64,000 nt of DNA from Acidimicrobiales bacterium (lineage in GTDB: Bacteria; Actinomycetota; Acidimicrobiia; Acidimicrobiales; BPGG01): assembly GCA_026002915.1 (NCBI GenBank), contig BPGG01000001.1, positions 474,122 to 538,121 of the forward strand, written 5' to 3'. The position numbers and the translations under genes are program-made. Positions within the stretch are counted from its first letter, which is position 1. Each line of letters starts with the position of its first letter. Positions 29,426-38,279 of this stretch are shown here, piece after piece. A model generated the notes under the pieces. The model saw only the letters and a program-made list of their open reading frames with translations. It was not told where the DNA came from and did no database searches.

Positions 29426-32400
29426 TCATGAGGGTGTCTCCGAGTGGACTGCCACCGGCGAGCGTGGTCCACCGAGGAGACGATCCACCACCCGAAGGGG
29501 ATCGTGTGGGCCGCCCCGCGGGCCGGGAGAATCACCCTCGTCCGCATGGGCGGACCTCCCCGCGTCTTTGAGCTGCTCCAGCGCATGCGGAAGGGCGAAC
29601 TGCTCGCCAGGGAAGCCTTCTACGAACCTGCCTGCCACCACCTGTCCCCTGTCTTCCAGGCGGGCGAGCGCTCTTCTCACGTCCCACCACGAGAAGCAGA
29701 GGGGGTCCTGTCGGGCCAGATCTGGGAAGACGACCCCCCAGCGCGCGAGCATCTGCGAGGCGACGGCCTCCGCGAGCGACTCGGGGTCGGGAGGCGGGTC
29801 CGGAAAGGTGACCAGCTCCCACCTCCCCGCGAGGAAACGTCCGCGGCCGAGACCCGAACGGAGACCGACGCTCGGGCGACGACCGGATCCGGCCAGGAGA
29901 CTCGAAACGGATCCGAATGCCCGCGACCGGGAACCCTGACCCCGTCGCCGTGACGGGCGGCGCCCTGCCACCAGCGTACGGAGCGGAGCGAAAGAGTCGC
30001 AGGTGACGAGCCCACGTGCCACGCCCTGCCAGAGCGCCTCTTCCACCTCTGACCGGAGACGCCCGGTCCACCTGGCGAGGTCTTCGGCGAAAGAAGCCCC
30101 GTGTTCGGCCAGCGCACTCACGACGTCCGCGAGAGCCCCGCGGGCCGGTGGCGGATTCGCGTCCCGCCGACGTGCAGCCGCTACGAGCCAGTCCCGGTCT
30201 TCCCGCAACAGAAGAGAGATCGGCGTCAGACGATTCGCCGCAGACGGGCGCCGCCGGTCTGCGGCGGTGGCGGGGGGACGCGCACGCACCCAAGACAGCT
30301 CCCCACACATGGCCAGCTCGTCCAGCATCGGCGGCCGGAAGTCGTCCACTCGGGACGGGATCACGACCGCCTCCCAGCACCAGGCGGGAAGGTCGAGCCC
30401 CTGCAGCATCTCGACGACCGCCAACACACCTTCGACTCCTCTCAGCCTCCGCCCGGGCGAGGCGTGCTGCCAACGCCGCAGGAACGCCGCGTACTCGTCG
30501 AGCGGGACGGGCCGCACCACACGTCTCGCCTTCTTCGACCGGGCGTGCATCCGCATGAGCAGGCGCCGGTCGCACCACTGCGGCCCCGACTCACCGGCGC
30601 GGGGCAGGAAGCTCCCGCACACGACTCTCCCCTGCGCCTCCAACAGGCTCAGCGCCGCGTCGACCTGCGACCGCCCGAGTCTCAGCCTGCCTGCTATCTC
30701 TTCGGCCCCCAGCGGCGGAGCCGCGGAGAGAAGTCCTGCCACCGCCATCGCAGTCGCCTCCGCCTCCCCTCGCCGCAGGGCTTCCAACACGTCCACCCGG
30801 TCGGTTGCATACCAGACCACCCTCCCGAAGAGCTCACCTTCGCCTACTCTCCCCGCGGAGGCCGCCTGATCGAAGAGGGGTCGTAAGCGCTCCACGGGTT
30901 CGACGAACACCATGTCCCGCAGCGCGTCCACCAGCTCGTCTGCGTCGCGTGGGTCGGGACGTGCCTCGGCCACCACCTCTTCGACGAGGTCGTCCTCGAG
31001 CCGCACGAGCGACCCGACCCCGGGGGTGTCGGGTCGGCGTCGAACGGCACGTGTCCTGCGATCTATCGCCTCTCCCCCGTCGAGGAACGCGTACGGTCGG
31101 GCGACGAGCACCGGCTCGGCCAGCGACGAGGGCGCCGTGGTGTCGCGAGCGACGACCTCCACCTCTCCCGATTCGACCCGCCGCCACAGGTCGGCGAAGC
31201 CGTCGAGATCCATGGCGTCGGAGAGACACTCGTCCATAGCCTCCCGCACCAGTGGATGCTCGGGGATCTCGACGGGTCGGACGACGTTCTCCTGGCATGC
31301 GAGAGCGGCGGGGAAGACGGCGGCGAGGAGGTCGTCTGCTTCCATCCGTTGCAGGTACGGCGGCCTGCGGCGCCCCGAGCGCCACCTGAGGACGGCGAGG
31401 CTCCTGTTCGCCACCCATCTCCAGCGTGTCTGAAACAGAGGCTGGTCCACCACCGCCTGCTCGAGGGTTTCTCGCAGCTCGGCCGCCGCCAGGAACCGGG
31501 TGATCTCACCCACCGGGAAGGAGTGGCGGGGGGAGAGAGACAGGAGCACGGAGTCGTCGGTGGCGGTCGCCTGCAGCTCGAAGTCGAACGTGCGGCAGAA
31601 CTTCTTGCGCAGCGCATAGCCGAGCGCCCTGTTCACCCTGGCCCCGGCCAGAGTGTGGATCAAGAGCTGCATTCCGCCGGTGTCGTCGAAGAAACGTTCG
31701 ACGACCAGTCGGCGGCGGCCCGGAAGGACACCCAGCTCGCCGAGCGCCCTCTCCAGCCAGCCGACCAGGACACGGGCGACGTCCTCTCCGACGCCGGTCT
31801 GCTCGGTGAGGGCCCGCACGGCTGCCTCGGCGCCACCTCTTCTGATGCCCTCCGCCAGCTCGTCGAACAGTCCCGCCAACTGATCGGCCAGTTCTCGAGA
31901 ACGGCCGGGAGCCTCACCGAACCAGAAGGGGACGGTCGGTTCGGCACCTTCGGCGTCCACCACGTGGAGGTCGCCCCCTTCGCCGCGGAGCACCCTCCAG
32001 GCATGGGTGCCGAGCAGGAAGACGTCGCCGCTCAGCACCTCGGATGCCCAGTCCTCGTCGACCGTGCCCACCACGACGCCCTCGGGCTGGCAGACGACCC
32101 GCACCTCCCCGGTCTCGGGTATCGCACCGCCCGAGGTGATCGCGGCGAGCCGGGCTCCTCTCCTCCCTGCTATCTCCCCGTTCACCGGGTCGTGATGAAG
32201 CCAACGGGCCCGTGGCCCCCTCCCGGTGAGGATCCCCTCCGAGCAGACGGCCACCGCCTCGTCGAAAGCCCTGCGGTCGAGACGGCGGTAGTGGTAGGCG
32301 CGCCGGAAGACCCGGTACAGCTCGTCGGTGCGCCAACGCCTGCAGCTCGCCTCCGCGACGATCTGCTGCATCAGAACGTCCATCGGCGCCTCGGGCGGGC

Positions 32401-33742
32401 GGACGCATTCGAGCCCGCCACGCTCCACGGCACGCAGCAAAGCCACAGACTCGGCCAGCTCGGCGAGTGAGAGGGGGAAGAGCACACCCTCGGGCGTTCC
32501 GTGACGGTGGTGGTTGGACCGCCCGACCCTCTGCACGAGCGTGGAGATCGCCCCGGGCGTGCCGATCTGGCAGACGAGGTCCACAGGCCCGACGTCGATG
32601 CCGAGCTCGAGGCTAGCGGTCGCGACCAGCGCACGCAGCTCGCCGGCCCGCAGCTGTGTTTCGACCTGCTCCCTGCGGCGCTTGGAGAGGCTTCCGTGAT
32701 GCGCTGCGACCGTCCCCTCTTCGAGCCTCTCGGCGAGCTCGTGGGCGACCCGCTCGGCCATCCTGCGGGTGTTGACGAAGACGAGGGTGGTGCGATGGGT
32801 GGAGACGAGCTCGGCGACCCGGTCGAGGACGGCGCCCATCATCGAGTGCGATGCCAGGGAGTCGATCCCGCCTCCGGGGATCTCCACCGTGAGCCGCGGC
32901 CTCCTGTCGGCTCCCACGTCCACCACCTTGCAGTCCAGCGTCCCGTCAGACCGTCTCCTCTCGCCGACCAGCAGCGCTGCCATCTCCTCCAAGGGTCTCT
33001 GGGTGGCTGATAGCCCGACCCTCACGGGCTCTCTCTCGCACAGCTCGGAGAGTCGCTCGAGGCTGAGTGCGAGGTGCGCCCCCCTCTTGTCCCCCGCCAC
33101 GGCGTGCAGCTCGTCGACGATCACCCACTCGACGGTGGCAAGCATCTGCCTCGGGCGTTCGGCCGTCAGCAGCAGATACAGGGACTCGGGGGTGGTGACG
33201 AGGAACGTGGGGGGCCTGCGCAGCATCGCCTCCCTGGCGGGGGCGGGGGTGTCGCCGGTCCTGACGGCCACTGTGATCTCTGGGTCTGGACTCCCCGTCT
33301 CGCGTGCAACTTCACGGATCCCGGCGAGAGGCCTCTCGAGGTTCTGCGCGACGTCGACCGTGAGGGCTCGCAGCGGTGAGACGTAGACGACCCTCACCCC
33401 GCAGGTGGCCTCTCCCGCGGCGGCCTTCCGGTACAGGTCGTCGATGGCGACCAGGAACCCTGCGAGTGTCTTCCCCGACCCTGTGGGAGCGGAGACCAGC
33501 GTGTTAGTACGCCGCCTGAGGGCGGGCCATGCAGCGGCCTGCGCCTCGGTCGGACCTTCGGGGAAGGTGTCGGCGAACCACCTGGCCACGGGAAGTGTGA
33601 AGCCGAGCCGTGACGGCGACGCGCACCCTCGATCACCCTCGCTCCTCGCAGACCCGAAGAGCTCTCGCGGACGTCGTGCCGACACATCGGACATATCCCC
33701 GACCATAACCGTCGGCCGGGACGTGAACCCGCCACCGGTCAT
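29426..33742 (-). CDS. lhr: Lhr-family ATP-dependent DNA helicase (large helicase-related protein)
   Basis: 1438 aa. Walker A APTGSGKTLAGF, DEAH-type box VIVDELHAV, helicase C-terminal domain, and a long Lhr-type C-terminal extension. Confidence 0.9.
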   Translation of the reverse strand: MTGGGFTSRPTVMVGDMSDVSARRPRELFGSARSEGDRGCASPSRLGFTLPVARWFADTFPEGPTEAQAAAWPALRRRTNTLVSAPTGSGKTLAGFLVAIDDLYRKAAAGEATCGVRVVYVSPLRALTVDVAQNLERPLAGIREVARETGSPDPEITVAVRTGDTPAPAREAMLRRPPTFLVTTPESLYLLLTAERPRQMLATVEWVIVDELHAVAGDKRGAHLALSLERLSELCEREPVRVGLSATQRPLEEMAALLVGERRRSDGTLDCKVVDVGADRRPRLTVEIPGGGIDSLASHSMMGAVLDRVAELVSTHRTTLVFVNTRRMAERVAHELAERLEEGTVAAHHGSLSKRRREQVETQLRAGELRALVATASLELGIDVGPVDLVCQIGTPGAISTLVQRVGRSNHHRHGTPEGVLFPLSLAELAESVALLRAVERGGLECVRPPEAPMDVLMQQIVAEASCRRWRTDELYRVFRRAYHYRRLDRRAFDEAVAVCSEGILTGRGPRARWLHHDPVNGEIAGRRGARLAAITSGGAIPETGEVRVVCQPEGVVVGTVDEDWASEVLSGDVFLLGTHAWRVLRGEGGDLHVVDAEGAEPTVPFWFGEAPGRSRELADQLAGLFDELAEGIRRGGAEAAVRALTEQTGVGEDVARVLVGWLERALGELGVLPGRRRLVVERFFDDTGGMQLLIHTLAGARVNRALGYALRKKFCRTFDFELQATATDDSVLLSLSPRHSFPVGEITRFLAAAELRETLEQAVVDQPLFQTRWRWVANRSLAVLRWRSGRRRPPYLQRMEADDLLAAVFPAALACQENVVRPVEIPEHPLVREAMDECLSDAMDLDGFADLWRRVESGEVEVVARDTTAPSSLAEPVLVARPYAFLDGGEAIDRRTRAVRRRPDTPGVGSLVRLEDDLVEEVVAEARPDPRDADELVDALRDMVFVEPVERLRPLFDQAASAGRVGEGELFGRVVWYATDRVDVLEALRRGEAEATAMAVAGLLSAAPPLGAEEIAGRLRLGRSQVDAALSLLEAQGRVVCGSFLPRAGESGPQWCDRRLLMRMHARSKKARRVVRPVPLDEYAAFLRRWQHASPGRRLRGVEGVLAVVEMLQGLDLPAWCWEAVVIPSRVDDFRPPMLDELAMCGELSWVRARPPATAADRRRPSAANRLTPISLLLREDRDWLVAAARRRDANPPPARGALADVVSALAEHGASFAEDLARWTGRLRSEVEEALWQGVARGLVTCDSFAPLRTLVAGRRPSRRRGQGSRSRAFGSVSSLLAGSGRRPSVGLRSGLGRGRFLAGRWELVTFPDPPPDPESLAEAVASQMLARWGVVFPDLARQDPLCFSWWDVRRALARLEDRGQVVAGRFVEGFPGEQFALPHALEQLKDAGRSAHADEGDSPGPRGGPHDPLRVVDRLLGGPRSPVAVHSETPS

Positions 33743-35382
33743 CGCATCCTCGTGGCTGTGAACACGTCGGCGAGGAAGGCGACCTGGACGACGACCAGTA
33801 TCGCCAGCGCCGCGAACGCGTCGCCGCCCGACCTTCTCCTCTCGACGGTCTTCTGGACGGTCGTCTCACCCGCGACTCGCCCCACGAGCGCAGCCATGGC
33901 GACCGGAACGAACAGTGGGGCGAGAACCCTGGCGTGCGGCACGGAGACGAGGTCGAGTCCCGGCGGGGAGCAGTAGACGAGCCATCCTGCGACGATCCCC
34001 AGATAGGCGATCGCGGCCAGGGCGACGAGCGACGTCCTCCAGACCAATCCGCTCTCGGAGCGGTTCTCTAGTCCGTCAGCTCCGGATCCCCCGTCCCCGG
34101 ATCCCCCGTCCCCAGATCCGCCTCCTGCGGAGCGGCCGTCTCCGGGGCCGACCAGCGATCCGCTCCGGTGGGCGGAGTCTCCGTCCCGTCCAGAAGATCG
34201 CTCCCCCAGCCAGCCCGTCACCGCCAGAGCCGCGACGGCGGTGGCGGCGACCGCCGGCTTGGTGAGCGTGGGTGCCACACGCTCGGCGAAACCGCCCGCC
34301 TGTGCGAGCCAGTCGACGCCGTGGTCTCTCAGAGCCACCACCCCGGCCACCACGACTGCCCACGGTTCGTCCGACAGACGTCTCAGCTGACCTGACGGGT
34401 CGGGGGCGATGCCGAACATCCACACGTCGCAGCGGAAGTCGCTTGCTGCGAACGCGTGCCATGCAGCGGAGCAGGCGACGGCGAATACGACCACGAGAGC
34501 CACCATCGGGAGCGGCACCGCCTTGCGTGTCGCCTCAGCGGCGCTTCCGGCTGAAGATCCCTGCGCGGTCCCCCCTCCGCTCCCTCCTCCACTCCCCCCA
34601 CTGCTCTCTTGCGCGCCGCGCTCCTTGCCGTGTCGCCTCACAGCAAGCGCCGGGACCAGGTGGGCGAAGGCGAGGAGCACGTACCCGGGCTTCGTGAGGC
34701 CGAGAGCCAGTGAGGAGAGGAAGATCCGAGCCGCCTCTCTCCTCGAGACTCCAGCGAAGAGAAGTCTCTGCAGGGCGCCGGAGACCACATAGCAGCTGAG
34801 CACCAGTGTCAGACCGTCGGGAGTTACCCCGGCGAGGGAGAACGCCGCAACGGGTAGTCCGACGACGGCGACCATGGCCCAACGACCACGCGGTAGGCGT
34901 CTCCACGCAGCACGGAGGACGAGAAGGCAGACGACGACGTTCGAAAGGCGCGCCAGGACCAGGGCGGAGCCGAGGGGGACGCCCAGGACGCGTCCGACGG
35001 CGAGCCCCGCCGCAGCGGGGAGATAGCCGAGCGGCGAATACCAGGCGAACGTGGACGTGTCGACGAACGCACGACTGCCGCCACAACGCTCGTACCTTTC
35101 GTCGAGATCGGCTTCTGAAGGCGGGCGACCACCCAACCCGGAGACCCCGAGCCGGACCGCCTCGTGGAGCACCCGTCTGGGGAGGCACGCGCCGACACCC
35201 CGGCCGGACGGCGACCGATCCGGCACGAGCCTCCCTTCCGTGATGCGCCATGCCCGGGCGAAATGACCCGGCTCGTCGCTACCGGTGAACGCCGGAGTCA
35301 CCAGGGCGAGAGCGACGACGGATGCTGTGATCACCGCCAGAGGGGCGTACGAACGTCGCCCTGCGGCAGGTCCGCCTTCCAT
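33739..35382 (-). CDS. DUF2142-like polytopic membrane protein
   Basis: N-terminal TM followed by SDEPGHFARAWRITEGRL, then multiple TM segments. Two Gly/Ser/Asp-rich inserts. Stop overlaps the lhr start (ATGA). The family call is from memory. Confidence 0.5.
   Translation of the reverse strand: MEGGPAAGRRSYAPLAVITASVVALALVTPAFTGSDEPGHFARAWRITEGRLVPDRSPSGRGVGACLPRRVLHEAVRLGVSGLGGRPPSEADLDERYERCGGSRAFVDTSTFAWYSPLGYLPAAAGLAVGRVLGVPLGSALVLARLSNVVVCLLVLRAAWRRLPRGRWAMVAVVGLPVAAFSLAGVTPDGLTLVLSCYVVSGALQRLLFAGVSRREAARIFLSSLALGLTKPGYVLLAFAHLVPALAVRRHGKERGAQESSGGSGGGSGGGTAQGSSAGSAAEATRKAVPLPMVALVVVFAVACSAAWHAFAASDFRCDVWMFGIAPDPSGQLRRLSDEPWAVVVAGVVALRDHGVDWLAQAGGFAERVAPTLTKPAVAATAVAALAVTGWLGERSSGRDGDSAHRSGSLVGPGDGRSAGGGSGDGGSGDGGSGADGLENRSESGLVWRTSLVALAAIAYLGIVAGWLVYCSPPGLDLVSVPHARVLAPLFVPVAMAALVGRVAGETTVQKTVERRRSGGDAFAALAILVVVQVAFLADVFTATRMR
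34081..34126. repeat. 15-bp tandem repeat (about 3 copies, third degenerate) encoding GDGGS units inside the DUF2142-like gene
   Basis: Read directly: tccggatcccccgtc cccggatcccccgtc cccagatccgcctcc. The minus strand encodes GGGSGDGGSGDGGSGADG. Confidence 0.85.
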
Positions 35383-35443
35383 GACAGGAGGTCCTAGCGG
35401 CGATGGGCCTCGAGATCGTGTCTGAGGAGCCTCATGCGGAACC

Positions 35444-36412
35444 TCATGTCGTGACGCCCGGCGAACTATCCGAACCGGGACGTCGGGCCTGGCGACGCCC
35501 GAGGATCCGACTCACTCCCCGCACGATCGAATCCGCCACCTTATCGAGGGCACCGGGGACGCGCGTGGCGAAGAACGCGGGCTCCACCAATTCGAGCTCG
35601 AGGACCCTCGGCGACCCGTCGACGTCGGTGACGAGATCCACCCGTGCGTACAGCAGGTCGGAGCGGTCGAGGCCGGTGAGGCATCGCCCGACCGCGTCGA
35701 GCGCCTGTTCCGCGACTTTCACCTCGGCGTGGTCCGGTTCGTGCGGCGAGACGGTCTCCTCCTTGTAGAGGCCTTCGACGAAGCCGACGCCGTCGACGAG
35801 CATAGGGCCCTTAGAGAAGGCGTGCGTGAGACGGTCGTCCACGTACACCAGCGCCGTCTCGCCCCGCTCGTCCACCGACGGGATGTACGGCTGGACGAGC
35901 ACCGACCTCCCCTGCAATAGCAGCCGCTCGGCATGAGCGAGAGCCTCGGTCGACCGGGTCGCCGAGTAGCGGTCCGTGTCCCTGCTCCCGGCCGAGATGG
36001 CGGGTTTGACGACGATCTCCTCGTAACCGTCGAAGAACAAGCCCGCCGTCTCCACCTCGTCACCAGGCTCGAGGATGGTCGTCGGCACCACGGGAACACC
36101 CGCCTGGGCCAGGTGGAGCAGGTAGTGCTTGTCCGTGTTCCAGCGGACCACCCCCAGCGGGTTCAGAAGCGTTGTGACCGAAGCGACGTGCTCTGCCCAC
36201 GCCAGGAATTCGTCGAGCCGCCACGTGTAGTCCCATGGGGAACGGAGGACCACCGCGTCGAATGCGGACCAGTCGACGTGCCGGTCGTCCCAGTCGACGA
36301 GGGCCGCCTCCAGGCCACGTTCTCCCAGCGCGTTTCGCAGAGGGGCCAGATCGTCGTCGAGTCGGTGGAACTCAGGCGCCGTGACGAGGGCTGCGAACAG
36401 GGCGGAGATCAC
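35444..36412 (-). CDS. ATP-grasp domain protein
   Basis: Pattern NTDKHYLLHL, IVVKPAISAGSRDT, VLVQPYIPSVDERGETALVYVD and ARVDLV..SPRVLELELVEP is typical of RimK-like ATP-grasp enzymes. GTG start at 36412 was chosen because the longer ORF approaches the tRNA. Confidence 0.6.
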   Translation of the reverse strand: MISALFAALVTAPEFHRLDDDLAPLRNALGERGLEAALVDWDDRHVDWSAFDAVVLRSPWDYTWRLDEFLAWAEHVASVTTLLNPLGVVRWNTDKHYLLHLAQAGVPVVPTTILEPGDEVETAGLFFDGYEEIVVKPAISAGSRDTDRYSATRSTEALAHAERLLLQGRSVLVQPYIPSVDERGETALVYVDDRLTHAFSKGPMLVDGVGFVEGLYKEETVSPHEPDHAEVKVAEQALDAVGRCLTGLDRSDLLYARVDLVTDVDGSPRVLELELVEPAFFATRVPGALDKVADSIVRGVSRILGRRQARRPGSDSSPGVTT

Positions 36413-36525
36413 CTTCTGACCACATCCATCTTGTCGCCGGGATCGCGAAGGCAAGTGAATCTCGATGCCTCCGATCGGACTCGGGCCGGGTTCGCGTCCT
36501 CTCACGGACAGGCCCGACAGGGACG

Positions 36526-36599
36526 TGGGCGATGGCAGACTCGAACTGCCGACCTCTGCCGTGTGAAGGCAGCGCTCTGACCGACTGAGCTAATCGCCC
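36526..36599 (-). tRNA. tRNA-Val (anticodon CAC)
   Basis: Manual cloverleaf on the minus strand: acceptor GGGCGAT/ATCGCCC, D-arm AGCTCAGTCGGTCAGAGC, anticodon stem CTGCC/GGCAG with loop TTCACAC, T-arm GGCAG-TTCGAGT-CTGCC, discriminator A. CCA is not encoded. Confidence 0.9.
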
Positions 36600-36774
36600 G
36601 TCCACCACAAACTACCCGATCGCCGAGCACTCCCGTCAGCCGACGGCGGCGACACACCCCGCGTCGCGGCGTGCGCCGCGGGCCGTGCGGCGCTGCGGCC
36701 GTCGCGAACCCTACGTGCTCCGATGTCCGGGTTTCCGGCCCTGCTCTCGGCCCGAACGTGGGCCGGAAGCGCTC

Positions 36775-37374
36775 TCAGCCTGCCGCCGCGCGGGCGAGGG
36801 CAGCCAGCTTGTCTTTCGGCAGCGACTTGAAGTCGGTGTCCGTACTCGTGATGTCGTAGCCGTTGTCGCCCGCTGCCACCAGCACCCGGCCTTCCGAAGC
36901 CGAGACCACAGCCCGATCACCGGCGTCGACCTCCTCGTAGTCCGCTCCCGGCGGCGGATACTGGATGAAGTTCTCGATCATCGACTTGGCACCGGTGGGA
37001 CCCTCCGCCGGGATCACCGAAAGGCTCGCCACGTTCTGCTCGTTCTGCTTGTAGACGCACTGTCCGGTCACGCCGTCCAGTTCGGCCGTCACCTCGATTC
37101 CGGTCGCCGTGGAGAATTCCTCTGCGGTGAGCGCCGCGCACGGGTCGCCCGAACCGCCCGACGTCCCGCCCGAGCCTGAGGTGGTAGAGGTGGTCGTCTC
37201 GCCACCTGCTGCGGGTGCGGTGGTCTCCGACGCTCCGGCGGTCGTCGTCACGCCACCCGACTGCGACGCCGCGGTGGTAGTCGACGCGCCCTCCTCTTCC
37301 TTGTCAGAGCTGCAGCCGAACGAAAGCAAGCAGAGCGCGGCGACGGCCGCAGCAAGCATCGGACGGCGGGACAT
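36775..37374 (-). CDS. lipoprotein, DUF3558-like (tandem paralog A)
   Basis: MSRRPMLAAAVAALCLLSFGC lipobox, Thr/Ser/Gly-rich linker, then a two-Cys domain (DPCAALTAEEF ... TGQCVY). Start at the internal Met (37374) is preceded by GAAAGGAGG. Confidence 0.75.
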   Translation of the reverse strand: MSRRPMLAAAVAALCLLSFGCSSDKEEEGASTTTAASQSGGVTTTAGASETTAPAAGGETTTSTTSGSGGTSGGSGDPCAALTAEEFSTATGIEVTAELDGVTGQCVYKQNEQNVASLSVIPAEGPTGAKSMIENFIQYPPPGADYEEVDAGDRAVVSASEGRVLVAAGDNGYDITSTDTDFKSLPKDKLAALARAAAG

Positions 37375-37375
37375 C
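37235..37375. repeat. 141-bp perfect direct repeat, copy A (5' end of lipoprotein gene A)
   Basis: Aligned by eye base for base with 37978..38118. Identity runs from 1 nt upstream of the ATG through codon 47. Confidence 0.9.
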
Positions 37376-37526
37376 GGGAAACCTCCTTTCGAGGAGCACT
37401 GACTTTGCATGTTGCAAGGCCGATAGCGGCCGTGACCACAAACGGCCCGATGGTACCAGACGGCGCTCGACGCATGCCGTTGCGTCATTACTCCGAGCCG
37501 AGTCTGGTCGAGGACAGGAGCGTCGC

Positions 37527-38117
37527 TCAGCCCGTGGCAATCGCCTCGGCGAGAGCTGAGAGCAGATTCTTGGAGACAGAGATGCCCGTCACCGAGAGGT
37601 TGTATCCGTTCCCGCCGGTGACGACGTACACGTGACCGGTCTTCAGGTTGATCGCGGCCCCGTCACCGGCATCGACACTCTCATAGCGGTCCGGCGCATC
37701 CGGCGCGCCGGCCCCGAGGTAGAAGTTCACGGCCGACGGGCCTGCTCCTGGCTCGACCAAGAGAAGAGCCACGCTCTTCCGACCTTGATCCCAGTAGGCG
37801 CATCCGCCCGTGAACCTGTCCGGTTCGGCGCTCACGGAGACCCCTGTCGCCGCGGCGAACTCCTCGCCCGTCAGGACCTCGCACGGATTCGACGACCCGC
37901 CGCCGGCGCCGGCGCCGGCAGCCGTCGTGGAAGTCGAATCATCTCCACCCGCCGTTGGTGCGGTCGTCTCGGACGCACCGGCGGTCGTCGTCACGCCACC
38001 CGACTGCGACGCCGCGGTGGTAGTCGACGCGCCCTCCTCTTCCTTGTCAGAGCTGCAGCCGAACGAAAGCAAGCAGAGCGCGGCGACGGCCGCAGCAAGC
38101 ATCGGACGGCGGGACAT
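37527..38117 (-). CDS. lipoprotein, DUF3558-like (tandem paralog B)
   Basis: Signal/lipobox and linker identical to paralog A, then NPCEVLTGEEF ... TGGCAYW. Preceded by GAAAGGAGG. Confidence 0.75.
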   Translation of the reverse strand: MSRRPMLAAAVAALCLLSFGCSSDKEEEGASTTTAASQSGGVTTTAGASETTAPTAGGDDSTSTTAAGAGAGGGSSNPCEVLTGEEFAAATGVSVSAEPDRFTGGCAYWDQGRKSVALLLVEPGAGPSAVNFYLGAGAPDAPDRYESVDAGDGAAINLKTGHVYVVTGGNGYNLSVTGISVSKNLLSALAEAIATG

Positions 38118-38118
38118 C
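37978..38118. repeat. 141-bp perfect direct repeat, copy B (5' end of lipoprotein gene B)
   Basis: Identical to 37235..37375. Confidence 0.9.
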
Positions 38119-38279
38119 AGAGGACCTCCTTTCGAGGTTCGATGACGGATGGAAAATGGAATCTAATACTACCGCAGGCGGTGCCATGGGTGAAGCAACT
38201 CCGGCGCCCGGGCCGGTCGAGGGCGATGACGCAGCTCCCACGCAGGAGGAGCTGTCAGGTGGCTTCGATCGCCACCCGC

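Noticed and set aside
34081-34126. Short tandem repeats as a possible CRISPR or minisatellite locus
   Set aside because: The repeats are contiguous with no spacers, in frame within a coding gene, and only about three units long. They are not a CRISPR array.
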